A stretch of 63,824 bases of DNA, filler included, from Lenisia limosa (Eukaryota; Protista; Breviatea), in NCBI GenBank assembly GCA_001655205.1. It is 12 parts of 12 records of this genome, joined end to end, with 100 filler letters (N's around TTAATTAATTAA, not from the genome) between each part and the next. Parts side by side here need not be neighbours in the genome. Positions count along the whole stretch, not along the records: positions 46,006 to 53,696 come from LPNZ01007749.1; positions 53,797 to 55,609 come from LPNZ01000232.1; positions 55,710 to 58,318 come from LPNZ01006851.1; positions 58,419 to 60,367 come from LPNZ01002811.1; positions 60,468 to 62,601 come from LPNZ01011531.1; 7 more parts are not named here. The stretch is one strand, 5' to 3'. The notes below the pieces were generated by a model that was not told the origin of the DNA, made no database searches, and saw only the letters and a program-made list of their open reading frames with translations. A program made the position numbers and the translations under genes. How positions within the stretch are numbered: the stretch's first letter is position 1; each line of letters opens with the position of its first letter. Shown here one piece after another: positions 50,383 through 60,824 of the stretch.

Positions 50383-53300
50383 TCAGAATTGAGAATCGAG
50401 AGGTAGAATGGTGGAAAGGAGGCAGGAAGAGTGGAGCGGAGGAGAGGGAATAGCCAAAACGTATTTGAATCGTTCAGACATAAACTCGGTGTGCTAGTTA
50501 TTATTTACATAATTAATTTTATCTTTCGAAATTGCCAGATGTTCGCCTGATAATTCAACTGATTCAATTCTTCTCCCGTAGTATTTTACTTGTACATGCT
50601 TTTTTGAAAATGGTTGTAATATAACTACAAGAACTTGTGAACCATCAAGCAAAAAGAAAAATAACATACTACATTTGACAAGAAACAAGAAAAAGGACCA
50701 TAAAAGAAGCAACAACAACAAAACACTACACTGGGGGAGAAGCGGACTCGCGACCAATGGTCGAGTCGCTCTCTTGGAACGAAGGCTCCTCTAATGACGT
50801 GGCCCTAATCAGTAAAAAATAGAAGAGCAAATATTTCGGGTACAAGTGGAAAGAATTCCTCAAAAAAAACAAAAAAAAAACAGTATGTTTTTCTCCAGAC
50901 CAAAGCAGCAAAGAAGCCCCCCCACCTCGACTTCCTCGGGGAAACTGTTGAGCTATCGTGCTGCCCCTATGAAATAATTGCAAGTCAATAACACAAATTA
51001 TAAAGCGTGAACACATGAGGCATTTTACTAATTATTCAACATTCATCCGTACTATCTTTAGAGAGTAATCTACATTTTCTAGACAATATTACATATCATA
51101 TAGTATATTATATAAATGTATGCAATAGTTCAAATAGCACCATACAGAAAATCCTTTGAGAGCAATATTGTTCTGTGCAAGCTCCAAAACAGCCAAACCG
51201 TGGCGCGGCGGAATGGCTCTTTGCTTTTTTCCTATTCTAATGTACGTGTTTGTTTCCCCAAGATTTTCTTTAATGTACACTGACGTGGAAAGTCTTGATC
51301 GATTTCAAATGATATCCCAAGGAAAATCGATCACCACGATCACTGAATACATCAAATAGTATATAGTATTTACCACTCTTGCTTTCAAAAAAACAAACTG
51401 CGTATTAGTCTCCTTGACTACTTTTACGTAAATTATGAATTTCCCTTTCCTACACATAACCCCCCCGTCCAGCATTCCACTGAGTCATAACCTCCCCGTC
51501 CAGCATACCACTGAGTCAGTAAATTGCGTTAATTTAGTTTGAAGCAGTTCGATTTTCTTCTCTAGTGCTTGGACCTCGAGTTGATGTGGCTGAAGGGTCA
51601 TGGGGATGAGGGGGGAAAGAGCATTTTGAAACAAACAGAGCAAAACTCATAATTAAAGCTGATAGTAAAACATTTTACATGAGTGGGGGGGGGGGGNNNN
51701 NNNNNNNNNNNNNNNNNNNNNNNNNNNNNNNNNNNNNNNNNNNNNNNNNNNNNNNNNNNNNNNNNNACATTCGCAGAAAATTGAAATAGGTAATATTATT
51801 TTCATTCGTTATAACCCCCCACTGTGAAGGGTTCAGGGAGCTGCATATCCATTCGAGCAAGAAGGTCAGATTCCTCCTGTGTGAGGGGTGTCATGCCCTT
51901 GAGTTGAAGCACTGCATTCGCAATGGTGTCTTGTGCGGAGTTTCCACGAGAGCGCTGCTGGCCTAATGTGTAACAGTCGGGAAAAGACAGTAATTTATGA
52001 TACAGAAGTAAAGCTCCTAAAATACATACATAACAATAAGAAGAGGTTAATTCTGGATATCAGAGAGGAATACATGGATACTGAGATTGTGTGATAGTCT
52101 CTAGTACAATTATACTATCTTGTAATATTGCCAAATACAACTGTCAACTCTAATAATATCAAAGAATCATATTGAAGGCAAAAGTCACTCTTTATCGCAT
52201 GTTTCACACTGATTTTCAAAGTCGAATCAGTGTTGATATGACATGTAGAGATCAGAAATAAAAACAGGTAGTACTATCTGATCTGTTTTGAGTATGATAT
52301 TTTCCTTTAACTTACGGAATCAAAGTGGAATCTTTGCTCAAGCTTCTGCATCATACCAGATTTTGGGGACTCTTCAGTGGCGACAAGAGGCGGGAGCGGT
52401 TGCGGTGAACTCGGGACGGACGGTGGAGGGGAGTCAAGGTTGGGGGCGGAGGTGGTGTGGGTTTTCTATAATGTTACTCATTAAAATCACTGTGCTCTGC
52501 GATATTTTGATGATAAATAGGAAGCAAGGCATCATTGAGGTATTAATAGGGCTTCACTTCGGTTCAAAAAAAGACTGAATTTCTCCATAAATCATCGAAA
52601 ATTATCGATATTTTACCGGCATTTTTTGAACCAACGTGAAGCCCTAAATATATAATACAAAAAACAGTAAAGGAGGTTATGTAAATAGCATATTGTATCA
52701 TATCATATTTCCCATTTTGGCCCACTTTTGGGGCTTCTTCAATGGGTCTTTGTGGGACAATTGGCTCTACAATGTCAATCACAAGACTTGATGCAAATTA
52801 GGTCTTCGTTTCATTTGGGTAAGTCCAAAAATTAAATAATAATACATAAATTTGAAATAATGAAACCCTCAAAAGATCCGCCAACTCAGAGACTGCTTGG
52901 AATCGCGTGTCAATTTGGCCCACTTCTTGCCTGCCCTTTTCGCAAACCTGTCGTGTTACTACAAACGGATCCAATAAAGTGCAAATAAACCATCTTGTGG
53001 TGAGGGTGGTGGGGGTTATGTTCTACAAAAGACTAGATGCTTTGATAACTGCTAAAAACCCAGTAGACAATACGAGCCCCCACAAAAGACTCCTCTTACA
53101 CCCATCCCTACAAAATACTTCTGATACCTAGGGCTTCACTTCGGTTCGAAAAAGACTGAAAATATCGATAGTTTTCGAGGATTTATCGGGAAATTCAGTC
53201 TTTTTTGGAAAATAAGTGAAGCCCTACTTGTCTCTCCCCTCCCCCACAAAAGACTGCGCCAGTGGACATTGTTCCGCTGCCGCACCCGGGCCAGGTTCTC

Positions 53301-53651
53301 TTTGAAGGGTCTGATATAACTTGGGAACTCCTGGGGGGGGGGGGNNNNNNNNNNNNNNNNNNNNNNNNNNNNNNNNNNNNNNNNNNNNNNNNNNNNNNNN
53401 NNNNNNNNNNNNNNNNNNNNNNNNNNNTTGGACTCAGGGCCATTAAAGAGATTAATTTTGATATTTGAAGTGCGACATAAATTATAACAAACACCACTTC
53501 CGCCACTTTATACACTGATACCCCCCTACCTTCAGGAGGGAGCTGAGGTCGCAGCTATTGATATAGTACAAGTCAGTGAAAGTGCGCGCGCGATACGTGT
53601 AGACAGCTGGGTAGTCTGATGTGAGCAAACCATGCTCGCCAAAGTATTCAC
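50383..53651 (-). CDS. C-terminal part of a cyclic-nucleotide-binding (homology) domain protein, possibly a channel
   Basis: Exon GEYFGEHGLLTSDYPAVYTYRARTFTDLYYINSCDLSSLLK-EFP fits the CNB fold. It is followed by Pro/Ser-rich and coiled-coil exons (QLEVQALEKKIELLQTKL). The N-terminus lies beyond the linker. Confidence 0.7.
51283..51347 (-). repeat. Dispersed repeat family F, copy 2
   Basis: Reverse complement matches 7927-7996. Confidence 0.65.
52547..52646. mobile_element. Family C MITE, full length
   Basis: TAGGGCTTCAC...GTGAAGCCCTA. No clear TSD. Confidence 0.85.
53129..53226. mobile_element. Family C MITE, full length, opposite internal orientation
   Basis: TAGGGCTTCACTTCGGTTCG...GTGAAGCCCTA. 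No clear TSD. Confidence 0.85.
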
Positions 53652-54043
53652 CTGCACGTGTGAATGTGGGTTATGAACAAAGCAATGGGGAGGGGGNNNN
53701 NNNNNNNNNNNNNNNNNNNNNNNNNNNNNNNNNNNNNNNNTTAATTAATTAANNNNNNNNNNNNNNNNNNNNNNNNNNNNNNNNNNNNNNNNNNNNCTTG
53801 GGATTCCAAACTGTTTTTTTTTTTTTTTTTAGTGACCGGGATAAGGCTTGACCTATTCTTCCTGTGAAATCAAATAGCAAATCGATCAAAATTTTCCCGG
53901 TCACTATAATATATTTTTATCGCATACAATATTTCATGTGTAATGTCTTTTTTCCAAACAATGAGAAATTGGTCTTGACGGTTGAGCTTGGTAGCATCAG
54001 CAATCATCACCACCACCACCACCATCTCATCACACCCCCACAG

Positions 54044-55023
54044 ACAGCGCAGCTCTTCAGGAGTTGACCCCTACGCTCCCACTCATCTGTCGCCCCACCA
54101 TGAATCCCCCGCTCGGTATGTGCAAAAGCAGGGCTTTCCAATCAAGAAAATTCATAAATTTCTTGATAAATCATTGATATATTTTTCGATGGTTGTACCG
54201 ATCTTTTTGTTAAGATTTAAAAATGGAGAATTAAATGTGAAGAAATTAGAAATAAAGGTGAGAGATATGAATGTTTTAATTTATAATTGGGGCTTTTCAG
54301 ACCGGAAAAAGACTGAAATTCTCGATAAATCCTCGAAAACTCCGATATTTACCCGAACCGAAGAACACATACCACCCTTTTTCTCACATTCACCATTAAG
54401 GTCCCCACAACGTTCCCCTCGACACTCCCCTGCAGTGTCTCCAAGACATGGAAGAAGATCGCCAAACAAGTAGGCCTTGTGTAATTATACTTCGGCTTCC
54501 CTACGACCCAAAAAATACAGAAGGGGTTTTTGTGTAATAAATTTTCCAATGTTACTCCCCCCACCCAGTCAATACCCCCACCCGGAAGGCAGACGACCAA
54601 GCAGTCAGTACGAGCCTTCTTTTTCTGAGGTTTCGCCGGCCCGTCACTCACAGCCCCCTACTGAGCCGTATATTGTGGGGGGATTATATGAATTTCCTCT
54701 TTAAAAACGTCTGTAGAAGTTGCAAAAGTTACCCGTTTATTTTTGAAAATTTGTTCATAAAAATACCACTTTTGTCCCTTTTTATTGTAACCAGACGCTG
54801 CCACCCCCTTTTTAGAGAAGCCGTGATTTCTAGCAGAGCAATACTATTCCTAGATTATACTTTTTTTTTCTTTTCTCTCAAAAAACAAAGAGGGAGGGGA
54901 AGCAAAGTCTACTTTTTCACCCCCAAGAGAGTTGATATGGGTTCTTTTTTGTTTCATAAATTGGCCTATTTGACTCCCCCCCCCCAGCCGCCACCTGACT
55001 TCGACACTCTTGATGAGTTTTAA
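54044..55023 (+). CDS. 3' part of a Ser/Pro/Arg-rich hypothetical protein
   Basis: Exons QRSSSGVDPYAPTHLSPHHESPAR, SPQRSPRHSPAVSPRHGRRSPNK, SQYPHPEGRRPSSQYEPSF..., PPPDFDTLDEF*. Confidence 0.6.
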
Positions 55024-55868
55024 CCGGTGTTTTGGGGACTTTTACCTTTTTTGAGCCTTTGGGCCGATTTTGACATTTATAATTTATTTCGTTTCTTTTA
55101 ATTTGGGTCGGAAAGAGGGTATTATTTTGAAAATTACTAATTATTTAATTGGGGGCGAGGGGTGCGGGTTATCACATACTTACAGATGAGTATCCACCCA
55201 CGATGAGAGATGTTTTATTTTATTTTGGGTAAAAAGCAAAACACAAACAGGAAACAAACATTCTCATGTGTATAATTGTTTGGAAATTTGAAGATGCCAC
55301 CAGCAAGAGTTTACAAATTTGAAGCAGGAGCCATGTCGATGCTCGTAGCTGATACAACATACAAGAAATCACCGGCACGGCGACGGATCATCATCACCAC
55401 CCTAATGCCATCCTAACACTTTATACTCACACTTTATACTCATCATCTGCGGGCCACTTCCTTTCGAAAAAAGAACTATAGATATATACTGGTTTTTTTC
55501 GAACTGAGGCCGAATCTGTTAACGTAATATCTACTGCGTGGTTTTAATACAGGAAATTACATTAATAAAATACAACAAAGAGACAGGAAACCATAACAAT
55601 AAAAAAAAANNNNNNNNNNNNNNNNNNNNNNNNNNNNNNNNNNNNNNNNNNNNTTAATTAATTAANNNNNNNNNNNNNNNNNNNNNNNNNNNNNNNNNNN
55701 NNNNNNNNNGGGGGATAGATAGGTGGGAAGCAGATTATATCTCAGGGCAACATAATAGGTTCCTCAAAATTATTATGATATGTACTTAGAATGGAAAATT
55801 TAAGAAACAACCCAAAACTCAGAATCAACTTGACGTGGTACAGCCCTGCCTACGGCTCCAGTGAGTAC

Positions 55869-58297
55869 GGATGAGACTGAGAAGGAACACAGAAAACGCG
55901 ATTCCGACCACTACCAGGAGCCATGTTAGGACGTATGTTTGGAGGTGCGTGAAGGAATAAAAGGCCTGCGGGTCATAAGGATCATATCTTGATTCTCGAC
56001 ACTATTTGAATCGTATGGAAACTAATTAACGCTTAAAATCAAACGATAGATCGAGGATTCAGTATATTTGGAAAAAATTAAATCAAATAAGATGATGGAT
56101 TCAATTATCATAGTATAATATATACATATGATAGGTATTATTCTGATGAATGTAAATTTACATTGAGCTTACAGTCAATGTCACATGTAGCTATATAATA
56201 TCATATGCATATTTTACAGTATAATATATCATATCATATAAAATATCAAAGTAAATATAATTACTATCACCAGACGACGCCCCCAACCTCAACAAGAAAG
56301 AAGAGAATGATAATAGACTGTACATGGATGTATAGGAAGAAGGCCCTGTGGTTATGTGCACCCACACACCCAGCTGTCCACCTAGGCGGGTTAGTGGAGG
56401 AGGGAAAAAAGTGAAAACTGATGAAACCATAACGGTGAGTGGTGGGGAAAAATGGAGTATTGGTTAAACAAAATAAATGTTTGCGAAGTGGAAGCTGAGT
56501 ATTTATGAATCAACAAGGGTTAGTGGCGGTGGGAAAATAGAACATTAAATACGCTTATTTGGGAAATCACATTGCAAATTCGATCAAGTCCCGGTGAACA
56601 AAACAGTAGAAACGCCCCCGCATACACACAGCAGTGGTCAAATCGACGAACACAATATCCGCATCTATGACAATGTTTCTGTCGCAATAGCTGCGGGGTG
56701 AGAAAATAATTAATTAGAGGGTGGAGGGGCGGGGCTGGGGNNNNNNNNNNNNNNNNNNNNNNNNNNNNNNNNNNNNNNNNNNNNNNNNNNNNNNNNNNNN
56801 NNNNNNNNNNNNNNNNNNNNNNNNTAATAAAGGTAGTAATCATTGGCTATCACGAAGCGAATAAACTGAAACTCCAAACAAACAAAAACACAAAAACAAG
56901 CAAAAACAAACACGAGAATGGACAGAGCGCGGGTCAGCAAAATATGAAAATTATGAAACAAAATAGCCGAAAATCACCTCTGTTGGCTAGAAACACACAA
57001 GGGTTGAGTACATAAAACAAACAAAATCCAATCCAGTCACTTCTGCAGCACCACATCACGTCACGCAAAATGTAGGTGATTTCGATTAATAGTGCGTTGT
57101 GTTTCACTCCGATCCAATCCGATCCTGGATCGGATCAAGTGGGATCGGATCGCTCAAAAATGAAAATTTTCTACAGGTCGAATCAGATCGGATCGCTGGA
57201 TCACTTTTATGAACCCCCTTCATTTTCCATTTTTTGCTGCCTTTTCTGAGTTTTTGAAAAGACTTTGAAGGGGAATGAAATGGTTAGGATAAATTTTACT
57301 TCAATGTGGTGTAATGGTCCGTGTGAATTGAAACTGGAGGGTTTAATACCCACTCCATTGCTTTTTTTTTTTAATATTTTTATACTTGCAATCCGATCCG
57401 ATCTGAGCTTCTGGATCCTCAAAGAATGACTCAGATCGGATAGAATCAGATCGCTTCCAAAATGTCTCCCAGTCCCAACCGATCCAATCCGATCTCTGAT
57501 CGGAGTGAAGCACTAATCGCGGGTGAAGTAGCCTTTTCTTACCTTCATTTTGAAGCAGAAGCGACATACAACTGTGTTGTAAATGGCATGTGGGTTGACT
57601 TTTTCGAGTATTAGCGTTGGCAGTCCTAAGAAATAATTTACAGTAAATGTCGTGTTTTATCCAAGAAGAACACATTTCAGTTTGGAATGAAGTACAAAAA
57701 GGGTTGAAACTATAAATATAGTAAGTAAAATCACACTGATAAAATAATACTCATAAATAATCACAGCATATGATATAATGATATACTAATAGATAAATAA
57801 GTAATATAATAACAGTATTCCTTTTCTTATTAGATGAGATTGTAATCTAATCAAAATAAATATAATACCAGTAAACATAGGTTTATGCATAGATAATACA
57901 ACTTACACCAACCGCGATAAGTGACACGTAATCCTCCAAACCATCTACTGATGAAAGGCAAACAGTCAAATAGAGGACAAGGTTCAACAACGCCAGGATA
58001 AACACAGTGACCATTACTGTCAAAGAGTAGTTATGGGGGTGGTCATCACAGGTGTGCCAATCAATTGGAAATGCCTAGGGATGTTACAAAAGATAAAAAA
58101 AATATCATATTATATTAATATATGTTATTACGCATACTATATCGATATATCACACAACATCCGCCAACCTGACAAGGCCACGCCGGGCGAGAAATGTGAT
58201 TATTTGGCTCAGAAACCAAGGTGGCGAGACAGAAAAGGTGGAGGCCAACCCAGGCTGTGCGGACCAATATTCGCTGCCACAATGTCCAGGGTGCCAT
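55869..58297 (-). CDS. DHHC-family palmitoyl acyltransferase, ZDHHC12-like, with a DHCC motif
   Basis: MAPWTLWQRILVRTAW...LLNLVLYLTVCLS...VCRFCFKMK|LLRQKHCHRCGYCVRRFDHCCV|WTAGCVGAHNHRAFFLYI...|AFYSFTHLQTYVLTWLLVVVGIAFSVFLLSLI. The Cys-rich domain and TM segments are intact. The 3' end is unresolved. Confidence 0.88.
57097..57515. mobile_element. About 420-bp non-autonomous hAT-like element (family D) in a DHHC intron
   Basis: TIR TTGTGTTTCACTCCGATC / GATCGGAGTGAAGCACTA (16/18), related to the family C TIR. Dense subterminal GATCC/GGATC pentamers at both ends. Flanks ATAGTGCG / ATCGCGGG match 5/8. Confidence 0.75.
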
Positions 58298-59139
58298 CTG
58301 GAGGGGGGTAAAAAGAAGNNNNNNNNNNNNNNNNNNNNNNNNNNNNNNNNNNNNNNNNNNNNTTAATTAATTAANNNNNNNNNNNNNNNNNNNNNNNNNN
58401 NNNNNNNNNNNNNNNNNNGTGAGTGCAAAGGGTGGAGTCTTTGACAACATTGTTGGTTTTATTGGTAAGGTGTTCTGTTTCTGCTCAACTTCAACGCAAT
58501 ACGAACATAGTTGTTGACGAACTCACCAACATCGGACTGTCGGTTGTAAGCCACAAATCAACCCTAACCTCCACCAACTCCCGAGGGCCATCACCATCAA
58601 TAAGGATTGACAACCACATCGTTACTGCCACCGATCAAAATAACCCGACTAGACTTCTAGGTACCAACCCCCCACCTCAACTTCGTTTCATGGGATGCTT
58701 TCCAGCAAATGTATTATAATGAACATAAGCCACCATGCGCTGAAAAACCAGTGCATTTCCAGTCCTGGTGGATTATGTATGTCATGATTTGGGCCATTGT
58801 ACAACGACATGCTTTAAGATTGTCTTGCTTGGAAAATGCTCTACTTGAGTTCTTTGAATATGTGGATGGTGATGGTGTTAACAGGTTGTATTTGATTTAT
58901 GGAGATTCTGGTGGATGGGGTCCCTTCTGTGGTCCCAATCCACAGTGGGCGCTGGACGAGAACCGTGAAATGTCTCGATTGAGAATTACTGTGGAGTGGA
59001 TGTTTAATTTAGGTTGATAAAAATAATAGGTTGAAAAAAATAATAGGTTGATAAATCAAGATACTCTGAAGAATTCCATCATTGTATTTTGTAATCATGA
59101 GAGGAAAGATCCATAGGACATTATTATTGTTAGACCCAC

Positions 59140-59500
59140 ATCATGATTGGCTGTTTCAAGGTCGCCGCTGCTCTCTACGAAGTGCTGGTTGACCTCCTCA
59201 AGGTTCCCGGCCTGGGCTGCCAGAAAGAGCAGTGTTTCTCCCTGGGGGGGGGGGGGGGGTNNNNNNNNNNNNNNNNNNNNNNNNNNNNNNNNNNNNNNNN
59301 NNNNNNNNNNNNNNNNNNNNNNNNNNNNNNNNAAATATAACTATACTCACAATAAACATAAAATAATATTCTTCCATCAATATCTTTTAAACAGCTTGGC
59401 CAAACAACTTTTTTATTGTTATAGAGCAGAAGAAACTTGTCTGTAAATATGTGAAATGAGATCCCTCCCTCCAAACATTATCATTGGTTCCTTCCACCAT
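59140..59500 (-). CDS. 5' end of an ankyrin-repeat protein gene
   Basis: Exons 59477-59500 and 59140-59241 splice in phase 0 to MVEGTNDN-GETLLFLAAQAGNLEEVNQHFVESSGDLETANHD, an ankyrin consensus (G.T.L..AA..G). Confidence 0.7.
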
Positions 59501-60824
59501 AGTTTATGTAGTCTGTCTGAGAAGCCAGGCGAGGCGAGATCACGTTGCGGATGAGTGGAGATGAGTAATCTAAAACGTTCGTATCAAACTTACCTTATTT
59601 TCTCATCTATCTCCGATCTATCTCTCTTCTCTAATCAGGCTAATGGAGAAAGGGCCGCAAACACAAAAAAAGCAAAAAGGGGTGGGTTTTTTCGTATAAT
59701 ATTGTTGACTGAATAATATTGAATAAATTTACTTATTTTTAAGAATCCTTTTATTAATTCACTGAATTACAACAAATTAAGACATCTTTTGCGGAAGTAT
59801 AAAAAGCAAATTTTCAATTTATCGCCATCATTAACTAAACTGAATATTTGGGAGTTCTATTATTGCGTTTATTGATAAATTAGTAAAAGTCACCCAACCT
59901 AAGGATTGAACATGGGCTACTCTGCAAAATTCACTCAGAGGGTAGGGCTTCTTGTATTTGGAGAGTCTTCCAGTCTTCTCCTCTCCATTATTTTACACTC
60001 TAGGTGCAGACAGCCCAGTCCCAAGCCGGAACCGCTGGATCAAGGTCAGTCCTGGCTTTTCTTTAATTCTAAAATGATCTTTCCATTCTCCTCCCCACTG
60101 CATTCCCTGTGTGTGATTAATCGGCTGCATTGTCTCATTTATGCAATTAAGAATAATTTTTGACTCTTTTCCTCACAGAATTTCTCCCAAACCCCGACTC
60201 TATTTCAATTACCCAGTATCAATCTTTTTTTTCTGAGCCGACAAGGGCTTTCCTTCGGTTGAGCAACCAGTCTATCCCTTCGCCCCAAGCAGTCTTTTAA
60301 ACAGCTATAACGAAGCCGTCATAACAGTTATTGATTTGACGCATTTAGACCTCAATCAACAAGAACANNNNNNNNNNNNNNNNNNNNNNNNNNNNNNNNN
60401 NNNNNNNNNNNTTAATTAATTAANNNNNNNNNNNNNNNNNNNNNNNNNNNNNNNNNNNNNNNNNNNNTTTAAGGTATACAGTGGAGGCGATAAGCCCTGA
60501 CACGCACTATCTGTGTCAGGACTTGTCGTGGTCAGTGTATTGTCAGCAGAATCGTAATTTTAATTCAGAATCTATAGCATCTTACGATTATATTATAATG
60601 AGTGTATTATATATATATAGCTACATGTAGATAGCAACGAGAATTAATAAATAAGGATGTATTTGGCCTAAGCCNNNNNNNNNNNNNNNNNNNNNNNNNN
60701 NNNNNNNNNNNNNNNNNNNNNNNNNNNNNNNNNNNNNNNNNNNNNNNNNNNNNNNNNNNNNNNNNTAATGAGATGTTCTTTACTTGATAATGTCAGTGGT
60801 ATTTCGACCTTTGTTGACATTCAG

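Noticed and set aside
58297-59500. Akr1-like ankyrin-DHHC fusion
   Set aside because: The two parts are separated by a linker, the DHHC gene has its own ZDHHC12-like MAPW start, and only one ankyrin repeat is visible. A fusion is not excluded, because an acceptor-like CCCTCCAG precedes the ATG.
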